This document shows, one piece after another, positions 12,846-22,983 of a stretch of DNA of 24,931 bases. The notes beneath the pieces are model-generated. The model made no database searches, had not been told where the DNA came from, and worked only from the letters and a program-made list of their open reading frames with translations. Numbering within the stretch: the first letter of the stretch is position 1; each line of letters opens with the position of its first letter. The stretch is from a virus (lineage: Duplodnaviria > Caudoviricetes): IMG/VR virus record IMGVR_UViG_3300042475_001758, positions 1-24,931 of that record, one strand, 5' to 3'. A program made the translations under genes and the position numbers.

Positions 12846-14411
12846 ATGACTCAAATACCTACCCTTACTTCCAAGACTAGTGTTGGTACTCCAACATACG
12901 AATACGAATCAATGGTACGTATTTGGAAGAGATGCCGTGCTATCCTCAATGGAGAATTATATGCTAAAGAACACGATCGCTATCTTGATGCTGTTAATTA
13001 TACCAACATTCTTGTGCCATTCAGTCCCCGTATGTCAGCGGAGCAATATCGGTGGTATGTTGCAGAGGCCGAACTACCTGGACTAACCTCTCAGTATGCT
13101 AAGATTCTTACTGGTGGTCTGCTAAGAAAGAATCCCGAGATTACTTTCCCTGAGTCTGTTCCTGAAGAGGCTATGTCTTGGATTCGTAATCGTTTCACTG
13201 AAGACGGTCGTCCACTTATCGCTTTCCTTGACGCAGCTATTTGGGAAGAGCTTTCTACTTCTCGTGGTTGGGTCTCAGTAGATTTTCCGGTAGTACCTAG
13301 CTACACAGAGTTAGACCCTGAACAAAAACAAATGATTGCGCCTTATCCTGTTCTTTGGAGAGCTGAGGATGTTATTAACTGGCAGACAGGTATCGATCGT
13401 ACTACAGGTCGTCCAACTCTTACTCGAGTTGTTTTCCGTTACATTGGTAGAACCTACAAAGACTCAGAGTGGCATCCTAACCTTGATATCGTTGCAGTAG
13501 ATCATTATCTTGACGAAGCAGGCATCTACAGAGTACAATACTATAAAAAAGAAGGTGAAGCTACAGTAGATTTAATCAACGGTGATCTAAAGATGACTCA
13601 GCTTTTTGGTACTGAGCTCTTTTCAAATGACCACTGGATTGCAAACGGTGAACCTATCACTCCACTTATGGGTGGCGAGCCTATGACGCAGCTTCCTATC
13701 TTCCCTCTTAATGGTGAAGTAACACTCGAAGCTCCTATGCTAACTCCTCTTATTGACAAAGAGATTGCTCTCTACAATAAGGTATCTCGTCGTAACCACT
13801 TAATGTATGGTGCTAGTACCTTTACTCCTGTAGTTTTCTCAGACATGAGTACTGAAGACTTCCAACAAGTAGTCAATGCTGGTCTTGGATCTTGGATTAA
13901 ACTAGGTTCAGGCGACAAGATTGATGCTTTCCGTACTCCAACAGACGCTTTAGCAGACATGGATCGTGCTATTGAAGGCGCTATCACAGAGATGGCTCGT
14001 ATGGGTGTTCGTATTCTTGCACCTGAAGGTGATCAGTCAGGTGTTGCTCTAGAAATCCGTAACTCAAGCCTTACAGCACAACTCGGTCTACTTAACAACA
14101 AACTTTCGGCTACAATGGGAGAAGTTCTTAAGCTAATGCTCAAGTGGCGTTACGGTAAGGATCTAGACGTAGAAGAACTAAAATTCAAGCTATCAGCTGA
14201 CTTTAACCCTACACCACTAGGCTCAGAGTGGGCTCGTTTAGCCACAGAGTGGTACCAGAACCGCTTGATTCCTCGTTCTGTATGGCTTGGTGTAGCTAAA
14301 CAACACGATATCATCCCGGCTGACTATGATGATGCTATGGGAATAGAAGAGATTGGTCAAGACCCATTGATTCAAGACAACTCTAATATGGAAATTGAGG
14401 AAGCTGTATAA
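12846..14411 (+). CDS. Portal protein (DUF4055-like)
   Basis: 521 aa, head-module position; AEDVINWQ, SGVALEIR, LSADF patterns seen in this portal class. Confidence 0.8.
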   Translation: MTQIPTLTSKTSVGTPTYEYESMVRIWKRCRAILNGELYAKEHDRYLDAVNYTNILVPFSPRMSAEQYRWYVAEAELPGLTSQYAKILTGGLLRKNPEITFPESVPEEAMSWIRNRFTEDGRPLIAFLDAAIWEELSTSRGWVSVDFPVVPSYTELDPEQKQMIAPYPVLWRAEDVINWQTGIDRTTGRPTLTRVVFRYIGRTYKDSEWHPNLDIVAVDHYLDEAGIYRVQYYKKEGEATVDLINGDLKMTQLFGTELFSNDHWIANGEPITPLMGGEPMTQLPIFPLNGEVTLEAPMLTPLIDKEIALYNKVSRRNHLMYGASTFTPVVFSDMSTEDFQQVVNAGLGSWIKLGSGDKIDAFRTPTDALADMDRAIEGAITEMARMGVRILAPEGDQSGVALEIRNSSLTAQLGLLNNKLSATMGEVLKLMLKWRYGKDLDVEELKFKLSADFNPTPLGSEWARLATEWYQNRLIPRSVWLGVAKQHDIIPADYDDAMGIEEIGQDPLIQDNSNMEIEEAV

Positions 14412-14605
14412 TGTTTTTAGCAGTAATTTTAGTTTGTGTTACAGCAGAAGCACAATCTTGTCAGTTATATTACAATACAGAAGAAATATTTGTTACGGAA
14501 ACAGAGTGTAAACAAGATCTAGAAAGAACTATTGAGTTAAATTCAACTCAGCCTTATTACAGTATTAATACTACTTGTCTACCTCTTCCTGGTGAATCAG
14601 CATAA
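14411..14605 (+). CDS. Small secreted/membrane Cys-containing protein (64 aa)
   Basis: TAATG coupling; hydrophobic N-terminus, four Cys. Confidence 0.7.
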   Translation: MFLAVILVCVTAEAQSCQLYYNTEEIFVTETECKQDLERTIELNSTQPYYSINTTCLPLPGESA

Positions 14606-14751
14606 TGCCTCTCAAAAAAGGTTACTCACAAAAGACAGTTTCTTCTAATATTCGTAAGGAAAAGAAGTCTGGTCGATCACAAAAACAAGCTGTAGCTATC
14701 GCATTGTCGGTAGCTGCAGAAGTTAAAAAGAAAAGAAAATCTAAAAAATAA
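14605..14751 (+). CDS. Small highly basic protein (48 aa)
   Basis: Not in track. MPLKKGYSQKTVSSNIRKEKKSGRSQKQAVAIALSVAAEVKKKRKSKK; TAATG coupling; QAVAIALS pattern recurs in phage head modules. Confidence 0.75.
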   Translation: MPLKKGYSQKTVSSNIRKEKKSGRSQKQAVAIALSVAAEVKKKRKSKK

Positions 14752-14817
14752 CTCTCCTCAATGAAGGATTCAAACAACACAACCCAGCTGAGGCTCGGTT
14801 AGAGGAGACACACACAC

Positions 14818-15255
14818 ATGGCACGCAGTAGAATTACTTCTGCTTCCCAAGATCTTATCTCTGATAATGGAGCAGTCTTAGCAAGTATTGTTGATGGTGA
14901 ACAAATTCAGTTAGATGTAACGTTAAATTGGGTAACTAACCTTAGTGGTTATCAGTTAAAAGTTACTGTAATTGAAGCTCTAAATACTGGTGACGGTAAA
15001 ATACCTACTGCTGTACAGCCTAGTGGTGTTATTACTCAACTACCTATTTTAGACGCCACTATAACCGACAATACTTTTAAGATTGTTTTCCCAGAGAATT
15101 TAATTGCTACTTGGACTACACAACCTTCTCCAGATAAACCTGTTTATGGGTATATTGAGTTAGAAGTTAAGGATACAGGAACAGGAAACCTTCAACAGAT
15201 TTGGAAACCTCTTAGAGGACTAGTAGAAGTCTTGTACTCTCCAACGGAGTTCTAA
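14818..15255 (+). CDS. Putative virion structural/adaptor protein (145 aa)
   Basis: GAGGAG SD; beta-rich; precedes tail-fibre genes. Confidence 0.65.
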   Translation: MARSRITSASQDLISDNGAVLASIVDGEQIQLDVTLNWVTNLSGYQLKVTVIEALNTGDGKIPTAVQPSGVITQLPILDATITDNTFKIVFPENLIATWTTQPSPDKPVYGYIELEVKDTGTGNLQQIWKPLRGLVEVLYSPTEF

Positions 15256-15256
15256 G

Positions 15257-15739
15257 ATGACATACAAATTAAGTACTAAAGGTAACAAACTAGAGATTAG
15301 TTTAAATAAAAGCGAGTTCGTTACAGAAGTTGACAAGCTAGAGTATGCTGTCTCACTTGCTAGAACAGGTGGACAAGGCTCAAAAGGAGACTCTATTACT
15401 AATGCTTACATCAATGAAGATGAAGACTTAATTGTAGAAATTACAACTTCTGCAGGAACTATAACTACACTTAACGCAGGTAACTTATTAGAAAACTTTC
15501 AATTAAGTGACTTAATCGATGTAGTTATTACTAATCTTACAAACAACGACTATCTAGCTTATGATGCTACTACCCAAACTTATAAGAATTACCAATTAAC
15601 TACTACTAGAATGACTGATGTTGATAATACTAATCGACAAAATGGAGCATTACTGGTTTTTAACGGTATCACTAATAAGTATGTAGCTACAAATCAGCTA
15701 AATAATCCTGACACGCTAATTATTGGAGGAACCTTCTAA
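15257..15739 (+). CDS. Putative virion structural protein (160 aa)
   Basis: Thr/Asn-rich, LSDLIDV...LAYD repeat type, C-terminal IIGGTF resembling the next gene's LDGGSY end. Confidence 0.7.
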   Translation: MTYKLSTKGNKLEISLNKSEFVTEVDKLEYAVSLARTGGQGSKGDSITNAYINEDEDLIVEITTSAGTITTLNAGNLLENFQLSDLIDVVITNLTNNDYLAYDATTQTYKNYQLTTTRMTDVDNTNRQNGALLVFNGITNKYVATNQLNNPDTLIIGGTF

Positions 15740-17376
15740 TGGCGACTAAAATTATTCTTAAAAAATCTAACACAGCAGGTGCAATACCTTTAACAACTGA
15801 TCTAGAAATTGGTGAAGTAGCACTTAACCTTGCTGATCGTAAGCTTTATACTAAAAACAATTCTAACGCTGTAGTCCCAATTGGCTCTGCCTTTGTAAAT
15901 GCTACAGCTCCTAGCGCACCTGCAGAAGGTGATCTTTGGTATGACTCAGATAACGATCTTTTAAAATCTTATAATGGTACTGCTTGGTCAGCTGCTGGAT
16001 ATACTACACTAACTGCTTTGGCAGACGTTACCATTACTTCTGTAGCTACTGGTGAAGTTCTAAAGTATGACGGAACTTCTTCTAAGTGGATCAATAATAC
16101 TCTTGCAGAAGCTGGTATTAGTGCCGTTGGACATACACATGTTTCAACTGACATTACAGATTTTGCTGAAGCAGTACAAGATATTATTGGTGTAGACGTT
16201 ATTGCTGGTACAGGTATTTCAGTAGCATATAACGACACTACTGGTAAAACTACTGTCACTAACTCTTCTATTTATACTCATCCAACACAAACAGCTATTG
16301 CCGTAGACGCTACTAACAATGGTACTAATGTTATTGACAGCGTTACAGTTAATACGCTAGGGCATGTTACTGCTGTAACAACTCGTGATCTTTCTGCTGC
16401 TACAACTTCTGCAGCTGGGGTAATGAGTGCAGCTGATAAAACAAAACTAGATGGTATTGCTACAGGTGCAGAAGTAAATCAAAATGCTTTTAGCTCTGTA
16501 ATTGTTGCTGGTCAAACTACAGTAGAAGCAGATGCAAAGACTGACGCTTTAACTTTAGCAGCAGGTACTGGTATTTCTATTGCAACCAACGCTACTACAG
16601 ATACTATTACTATTACTAACACAGCTCCTAACCAGACAGTTTCAATTGCTTCTGGTAGTGGTATTACCGTTTCAGGTACTTATCCTAGCTTTACTGTAGA
16701 TCATACAGATACCTCTTCACAAGCTTCTGTAGATAACTCTGGTGCAACTGTAATCCAAGATGTCACTTTAGATAGCTTTGGTCATATTACAGGTTTAGCT
16801 TCTGTAGCTATTACTCCTGCTCTCATTGGTGCAGCTACCTCTGCTCACAACCATACTCTAGACTCTCTTTCTAACGTTACTATTACCAGTAATGCTAACG
16901 GTGAAATTCTACGTTGGAATGGTACTGCTTGGGTTAACAACACTCTTGCAGAAGCTGGCATTCTAACTGCTGAAGCAGATACCCTTGCTACCGTAACTGG
17001 TCGTGGTGCAACTACTGCAACTGCAGTTACACTAACTAATGCTACAGCTTCTACAGGTACTACTTCAGGTGCACTAATTGTAACTGGTGGTGTAGGTGTT
17101 GGTGGAAACCTTAACGTTGGTGGCAATACTATTATTACAGGTAACCTAACCGTTAACGGTACTACTACTACTGTAAACTCTAACACTGTTAACATTGGCG
17201 ACAATATTATCATTCTAAATGCTGATGAAACAGGTGCTGCTAGCCAAAATGCTGGTTTTGAAGTAGAGCGTGGTACTGATACTAACGTACAGTTTATCTG
17301 GAATGAAGCTAATGATGCTTGGGATATGGGCGATTGGCCATTACAAAACGTTAAACTAGACGGCGGTTCTTACTAA
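15739..17376 (+). CDS. Tail fibre-like protein (545 aa)
   Basis: Thr/Ala/Gly-rich; N-terminal P.TTDLE.GE.A.NLAD.KL module; MSAADKTKLDGIA motif; GNLTVNGTTTTVNS motif. Confidence 0.8.
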   Translation: MATKIILKKSNTAGAIPLTTDLEIGEVALNLADRKLYTKNNSNAVVPIGSAFVNATAPSAPAEGDLWYDSDNDLLKSYNGTAWSAAGYTTLTALADVTITSVATGEVLKYDGTSSKWINNTLAEAGISAVGHTHVSTDITDFAEAVQDIIGVDVIAGTGISVAYNDTTGKTTVTNSSIYTHPTQTAIAVDATNNGTNVIDSVTVNTLGHVTAVTTRDLSAATTSAAGVMSAADKTKLDGIATGAEVNQNAFSSVIVAGQTTVEADAKTDALTLAAGTGISIATNATTDTITITNTAPNQTVSIASGSGITVSGTYPSFTVDHTDTSSQASVDNSGATVIQDVTLDSFGHITGLASVAITPALIGAATSAHNHTLDSLSNVTITSNANGEILRWNGTAWVNNTLAEAGILTAEADTLATVTGRGATTATAVTLTNATASTGTTSGALIVTGGVGVGGNLNVGGNTIITGNLTVNGTTTTVNSNTVNIGDNIIILNADETGAASQNAGFEVERGTDTNVQFIWNEANDAWDMGDWPLQNVKLDGGSY

Positions 17377-17398
17377 TTGACAGAAAGGTGTCATCTAT

Positions 17399-20300
17399 AT
17401 GGCTACTAAAATTATTCACAAAAAGTCTAGTGTTACTGAGAAAGTTCCACTAACTACAGACTTAGAAGTCGGCGAGCTTGCTATCAACCTTGCCGATAAA
17501 AAACTCTTTACAAAAGATACTGGTAACAGTATTATTTCTTTAGGTAATACAGAAGAACAAAAACTACCTATTAAGGCAGACGTAGCTTTAGCTAAAGGAG
17601 ATTTTTTGTATGCTACTGGAACAGTAGGAGCTTCTGGTAAAATTACAGTTAACAAGTTTATTGCTAACAATACTATTGAAGAACTTTATACTGTTGGTGT
17701 AGCAGAAAAAGATTTTGCTGTTGGAGATACTGGTTTTGCTGTTAGTTTTGGTGAAATCAAAAATATTAACACTACTGGCAGTACAGTAAGTGAAACTTGG
17801 ATAGATGGGACAATTCTTTATAGCTCAGCTACTACCTCAGGTAAGCTAACAAATGTAAAACCTACTGCACCTAACCAAAGTATTTCTGTTGCGATAGTTG
17901 TTCGTGCTCATGCTACGACAGGTATACTATTTGTACGGCCTATTGCTGGTTTTCACTTAGATGAGCTTCATGATGTTTCTTCCATTACTCCTACTAATGG
18001 TCAACCTTTAACTTGGAATTCTACTACTTCTGTATGGAATCCAAGTAGCACTATTACAGCGTCTACTACAGGCTCCGCTGCAACCCTTACTACTCCTCGT
18101 ACTATTGCTATCAGTGGTGATGTAACAGGTACAGCTACTAGCTTTGATGGTAGTGCTAACATTTCAATTTCTTCAGCTATTACTGCTGGGGCTATTGTAA
18201 ACGCAGACATTAATGCTAGTGCGGCTATTGCTGACACTAAGCTAGCTACTATTTCAACTGCTGGTAAAGTTTCTAACTCAGCTACAACTGCAACAAACGC
18301 AAACACAGCTAGTGCTATTGTTGCTCGTGATGCTTCTGGTAACTTTTCAGCTGGAACAGTTACAGCAGCGTTAAGTGGTAATGCTACTACTGCTACTACT
18401 TGGCAAACAGCTAGAAACCTTACTGTAGGTAACACAGCTAAGTCAGTTAATGGCTCTGTTAACGTAGCTTGGAGCTTAACCGAAATTGGTGCAGAAGCAG
18501 AACAAACTTCTGGTGTTCCAAGAGCTAACTTAGGTACTCCTACAGTTCGGGAAGCTGCTCTGTTCGATGCACAGTTTACAAATAAAACCGATAGATTTAA
18601 CATTGCTAATATTTGGGTAGAAACTTCTACAGACAATGTGACTTGGACGGATACTGCTGCAAGTGATGTAAACAAACGTAGGTTAGTTGGCGGGGATGTT
18701 AGTTTATCAGGTATTGTTATTCCTTATAACACACCTTACTTCCGTATTAGATTTCGTGCTACTAGTTATGTTTATCTCAATTCTTTTTATTCATACTTTT
18801 CAGGAGGAGGTCACAGTACTTCTGTACAAGTATTTAAAAAACATGATAGTGGTGCTTGGACTCAACATACTAGCTCTACAGCTCAAGTGGCTGGTCAACC
18901 TGGTCATATTTATTTACCGTTTAGTACTATTCCTTTTCATCCAACAGGTACACTCGGAACTCATTTTCATGAAGTTTATGTGTTATTTACACCAACTTGG
19001 AATGGAAGTTTTCCTAGTAATAACATCGCTATATACAACAATCAATGGTGGGGTGGTTATCCTACAGGAAGAAGAAACGTATACTCTACAGACGAATTTG
19101 GTAATGTAGACTTCCCAGCAGCTATCGGAGCAGCAAATGGTACAGCAGCAGAACCAGCCTATGACTTTACTTCGGATACTAACACTGGAATGTATCTTGC
19201 TAGTGCAGATACTCTTGGTTTTGCTACAAACGGTACTGCAGCTGCCCAATTTACTTCCGCAGGTAACCTTCGTCTATTCAATACTGCAGGCACCTTCTAC
19301 TCAGAGTTTTCTAATCAACCTACTGCAAACAGAACTATCACAATTCCAGATGGAAACGTGACTTTAACTGCTGGAACAATGGCAACAACTACTGATGTAG
19401 CTGCTAAAGTTTCTTCAGTAACAGGTACTGCTCCTATTGTTAGTTCAGGAGGCATAACTCCTGCTATTTCTATTAGTGCCGCTACAACTTCTGCGGCAGG
19501 TTCTATGAGTGCAGCTGATAAAACAAAGCTAGATGGTATTGCAGCAGGTGCTCAAGTTAACGTAGCAACTAATATCTCTCAAGGAACAAGAACAACTACT
19601 ACTGTCCCTATTACCTCAAGTACAGGAACAGGAGCTACACTTGATATTGCTACAACTAGCTTAGCCGGAGTTATGTCTTCAGCAGATAAAACAAAGCTAG
19701 ACGGTATTGCAGCTAATGCTAATAACTACGTACTTCCTTTTGCTTCTACAACTGTTACTGGTGGTGGAAGGGTATTCAGTGATACTGTGCAATCAGTTGC
19801 AGCTAATGCCGTTTCTTCTACAGCTTCTCGTACTTATGGTACTCAACCTAATGCAGCTGCTCAACTTGTAGTTAACGTTCCTTGGACTGATACTGTTTAT
19901 ACACTTCCAGCTGCAACTTCAACTGCACTAGGTGGTGTAGAGTTGTTTAGTGACACAGTTCAAACTACAGCTGCTAACGCTGTAACTACAACTGCTAGCA
20001 GAACCTATGGCATTCAAGTTAACGCTGCAGGTCAAGCTGTAGTTAACGTACCTTGGACAGATGCTAACTGGTATCCTACAGCTTATAGCTGGACAGATGG
20101 AACTACAGCAGGGCCTACAGGCTCACTAACTGGTGCAGGTATGACTGCTGTTAGCTTTGGAGCTATCCCTAGTGCTTCAGACACAGCTTCAGGTATCGTA
20201 ACTACAGGTACTCAAACTTTTGCTGGTGCGAAAACTTTTACTACAGTTACAGCTACAGACTTTAACACTACTTCAGATGTTAGCCTAAAAGAAAACATTG

Positions 20301-20545
20301 AGGCTATTACTAGCCCATTAGCAATTGTAACCCGACTAAGAGGTGTTTCTTTTAACTGGAAAGAAGATAATCGTGCAGCTATTGGCTTGATTGCTCAAGA
20401 AGTAGAAAAGGTTTTACCAGAAGTAGTCACTGAAAGAGAAAACGGTACTAAAGCAGTAGCTTATGCTAACCTTGTTGCTGTGCTAATTGAAGCAGTAAAA
20501 GAACTAAAAGAAGAAATCGAACTATTAAAGGCTAAAGCCGAGTAA
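17399..20545 (+). CDS. Long tail fibre with C-terminal intramolecular chaperone (peptidase S74-like)
   Basis: Same N-terminal module as upstream gene; C-terminal SDVSLKENI...GLIAQEVEKVLPEVV...LIEAVKEL coiled coil. Confidence 0.87.
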   Translation: MATKIIHKKSSVTEKVPLTTDLEVGELAINLADKKLFTKDTGNSIISLGNTEEQKLPIKADVALAKGDFLYATGTVGASGKITVNKFIANNTIEELYTVGVAEKDFAVGDTGFAVSFGEIKNINTTGSTVSETWIDGTILYSSATTSGKLTNVKPTAPNQSISVAIVVRAHATTGILFVRPIAGFHLDELHDVSSITPTNGQPLTWNSTTSVWNPSSTITASTTGSAATLTTPRTIAISGDVTGTATSFDGSANISISSAITAGAIVNADINASAAIADTKLATISTAGKVSNSATTATNANTASAIVARDASGNFSAGTVTAALSGNATTATTWQTARNLTVGNTAKSVNGSVNVAWSLTEIGAEAEQTSGVPRANLGTPTVREAALFDAQFTNKTDRFNIANIWVETSTDNVTWTDTAASDVNKRRLVGGDVSLSGIVIPYNTPYFRIRFRATSYVYLNSFYSYFSGGGHSTSVQVFKKHDSGAWTQHTSSTAQVAGQPGHIYLPFSTIPFHPTGTLGTHFHEVYVLFTPTWNGSFPSNNIAIYNNQWWGGYPTGRRNVYSTDEFGNVDFPAAIGAANGTAAEPAYDFTSDTNTGMYLASADTLGFATNGTAAAQFTSAGNLRLFNTAGTFYSEFSNQPTANRTITIPDGNVTLTAGTMATTTDVAAKVSSVTGTAPIVSSGGITPAISISAATTSAAGSMSAADKTKLDGIAAGAQVNVATNISQGTRTTTTVPITSSTGTGATLDIATTSLAGVMSSADKTKLDGIAANANNYVLPFASTTVTGGGRVFSDTVQSVAANAVSSTASRTYGTQPNAAAQLVVNVPWTDTVYTLPAATSTALGGVELFSDTVQTTAANAVTTTASRTYGIQVNAAGQAVVNVPWTDANWYPTAYSWTDGTTAGPTGSLTGAGMTAVSFGAIPSASDTASGIVTTGTQTFAGAKTFTTVTATDFNTTSDVSLKENIEAITSPLAIVTRLRGVSFNWKEDNRAAIGLIAQEVEKVLPEVVTERENGTKAVAYANLVAVLIEAVKELKEEIELLKAKAE

Positions 20546-20560
20546 CTCTAGAAAGGAGAT

Positions 20561-21217
20561 ATGAAGATGGCAATTCAAGTTGGAGGTACTACTGTAATCG
20601 GAAACAGTCGTAGCCTCGAAAATATCGCATCAGTAGATTCTGCTACTACTACAGTTCTAACTACTGCTATGACAGGTAAGCAGACTGCTGATGCTACACT
20701 AACAGCACTTGCAGGTTTAGACACTACAGCAGGTTTAGTTGCACAAACAGGAACAGATACCTTTACTAAGCGTACACTTGCTGCAGGTACAGGAGTTACT
20801 GTTACAAATGGCAATGGATCAGCAGGAAATCCCACTGTATCTTTAGGTGTAACTACCCTTGGCGTTTCTGAAGCTAGTAAAGCAGTTACTGCTGCGGCTG
20901 ATGGAACCGTAACCTTTTCAAGTGCTATTAAAGAAACCGTATTTACTCTTGCAGGTACAGCTCTAGATCCTAATAATGGAACTATCCAACTTATAACTCT
21001 TACTGCTAGTCGCACACTGACTGACTCTATTCTTGCAGGTGAAAGTATGACAGTAATGATTGACGATGGTACTAACTTTACAATAACTTGGCCTACTATG
21101 ACATGGGTTAACAACGGTAGAGTTGCGCCTACTCTCGCAACCACTGGCTATACTGTAGTAGCACTCTGGAAAGTTAGTACAACACTTTATGGTGCATTAG
21201 TAGGGAATGGTACATAA
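20561..21217 (+). CDS. Tail fibre-associated protein (218 aa)
   Basis: AAGGAG SD; Thr/Ala-rich; [14 protein letters not shown] and TITWP..TW motifs of fibre proteins. Confidence 0.75.
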   Translation: MKMAIQVGGTTVIGNSRSLENIASVDSATTTVLTTAMTGKQTADATLTALAGLDTTAGLVAQTGTDTFTKRTLAAGTGVTVTNGNGSAGNPTVSLGVTTLGVSEASKAVTAAADGTVTFSSAIKETVFTLAGTALDPNNGTIQLITLTASRTLTDSILAGESMTVMIDDGTNFTITWPTMTWVNNGRVAPTLATTGYTVVALWKVSTTLYGALVGNGT

Positions 21218-22167
21218 TGTTTACAACTAAACATTTACTAGGTGCAGATACTGGGGGTAGCAAAAACAGAGGTATCTTTGGTGGTGGTGCTATTAACTCT
21301 TCAAGCACTTACTACAACACCATGGATTATATCACTATTTCTACTCTAGGTAACGCTGTTGATTTTGGTGATTTAACTTCGGCTAGATATGGAACTGCTG
21401 CAACTTCTAGTGGCTCAAGGGGAGTCTTTGGCGGTGGTCAAACCAATGCTTCTAGTAGATCTAACGTAATAGAATACATTACGATTGTAACTACAGGAAA
21501 CTCTATTGACTTTGGAGACTTGACTGTTTCTAGAGCTGGTCTCGGGGCAACCTCTGATGGCTCAAGGGGTGTTTTTGGTGGAGGTTTTACCTCAAATAGC
21601 AGTAACGTAATAGACTACATTACGATTGCAACTACAGGTAATGCTACTGACCTGGGAGACTTAACGGTTGCTAGACATGACATTACTGCCACATCAAATG
21701 GGTCTAGAGGTGTCTTTGGTGGTGGACAAGAAGGTTTCTTCGCGACGGGCCGAACAAACACAATAGACTATAAAACTATTGCTACAACAGGTAACGCTAC
21801 TGACTTTGGAGACTTGACTCTTAATCTATCACAACTCGCGGCCACATCAAATGGGCCTAGAGGTGTTTTTGGTGGTGGAAACAACATTTCCAACTCTGCT
21901 GTAAACACAATAGCCTACATTACGATTGCAACTGCAGGTAACGCTATTGATTTTGGAGACTTGACTCAAAGAAGAAACTTTGTGGCTGCAACTTCTAATG
22001 GCTCAAGGGGAGTCTTTGGAGGTGGGTATCAACCTGATGTGGTTGAAGCAGTGGTTAATGCTATTGACTATATCACAATTTCCACTACAGGTAACGCTAC
22101 TGACTTTGGGGACTTAACGGTTGCTAGACAGGCTCTTGCCGCTCTTTCAGGTTTTACGGGTGCTTAA
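21217..22167 (+). CDS. Six-repeat kelch-like beta-propeller protein
   Basis: Six ~49-aa repeats RGVFGGG...IDYITIATTGNATDFGDLT..R...AATS.GS; TAATG coupling. Confidence 0.8.
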   Translation: MFTTKHLLGADTGGSKNRGIFGGGAINSSSTYYNTMDYITISTLGNAVDFGDLTSARYGTAATSSGSRGVFGGGQTNASSRSNVIEYITIVTTGNSIDFGDLTVSRAGLGATSDGSRGVFGGGFTSNSSNVIDYITIATTGNATDLGDLTVARHDITATSNGSRGVFGGGQEGFFATGRTNTIDYKTIATTGNATDFGDLTLNLSQLAATSNGPRGVFGGGNNISNSAVNTIAYITIATAGNAIDFGDLTQRRNFVAATSNGSRGVFGGGYQPDVVEAVVNAIDYITISTTGNATDFGDLTVARQALAALSGFTGA

Positions 22168-22980
22168 ATGAGTAATATTGTAACTAAAACAGTAACTCTT
22201 CCTGCTACTACTTCGGTAAATGCTGCAGTGCTAGCAAAAGTCTCAGAACGTATGCCAGAACTTGTAGAAAAAACTAAAGCTTTTGATAGAAGTAATAGTC
22301 AGTCTACTCTTCAAATGATGACGCTTACCATGATGAATGGTCAGTCGCCTATGAGAATGTTAAGACAAATTTTAGCAGAAGTAGAAAAACGAAAAATGGC
22401 TTTAGCAGAAGCTCAGTTAAGTCATGCTAAACTTGTAACCGAAATTGAAGAACTTTCCAGTAAACCCTACAGCTTAGTAAATGAGGCTGAGCTGAGACTC
22501 AAAAATATCAGTCTAGACTTGCTAGAAAATAAAGTAAACGGTGCTTTCAAAGATATCGCTTCTTTAGCAGACGCTTACGATGCAATCAAAACTAAGAATA
22601 ATATTTTAGATTGGGATGAATCTACTTTTGAAGCTGAAGAAAAACAACATCATGTACGTAGAGGCTTTGAGTTACTGTACCATAATCTAGTAGAATGTTC
22701 TAGAGCTAAAGAAGCAACTATTGAATACTTACAACAGTATGGTGTTCATGTTCAAATTGCTTTAGCAGAAGTTTCAGGTTATATTAATTACACTAATGAG
22801 CGTATCAAAAATCAAGAAATTTTTTCTAGTGCAGATTTAGAAGAATTCTTAGATGCAATGGCTGCAAAGTATTCCTCTTTTGCTGATGAAATCTCTGAAA
22901 GAATCTTTGGTAAAGTTGAAATGACTAACAAAGAGTATATGATGCTCACTTCTGATAAAAATCAAGATAAGGAAGATTAA
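22168..22980 (+). CDS. Helical/coiled-coil hypothetical protein (270 aa)
   Basis: Starts immediately after the propeller gene; E/K/L-rich helical composition. Confidence 0.8.
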   Translation: MSNIVTKTVTLPATTSVNAAVLAKVSERMPELVEKTKAFDRSNSQSTLQMMTLTMMNGQSPMRMLRQILAEVEKRKMALAEAQLSHAKLVTEIEELSSKPYSLVNEAELRLKNISLDLLENKVNGAFKDIASLADAYDAIKTKNNILDWDESTFEAEEKQHHVRRGFELLYHNLVECSRAKEATIEYLQQYGVHVQIALAEVSGYINYTNERIKNQEIFSSADLEEFLDAMAAKYSSFADEISERIFGKVEMTNKEYMMLTSDKNQDKED

Positions 22981-22983
22981 TCT

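Noticed and set aside
15969-21144. Long minus-strand ORFs (e.g. 18001-18675, 20575-21144)
   Set aside because: Shadow frames of Thr/Ala/Ser-rich fibre genes; Val/Ala-rich, no SD.
21217-22167. Diversity-generating retroelement TR/VR pair
   Set aside because: Repeats are in-frame protein repeats without adenine-specific differences; no reverse transcriptase in the window.
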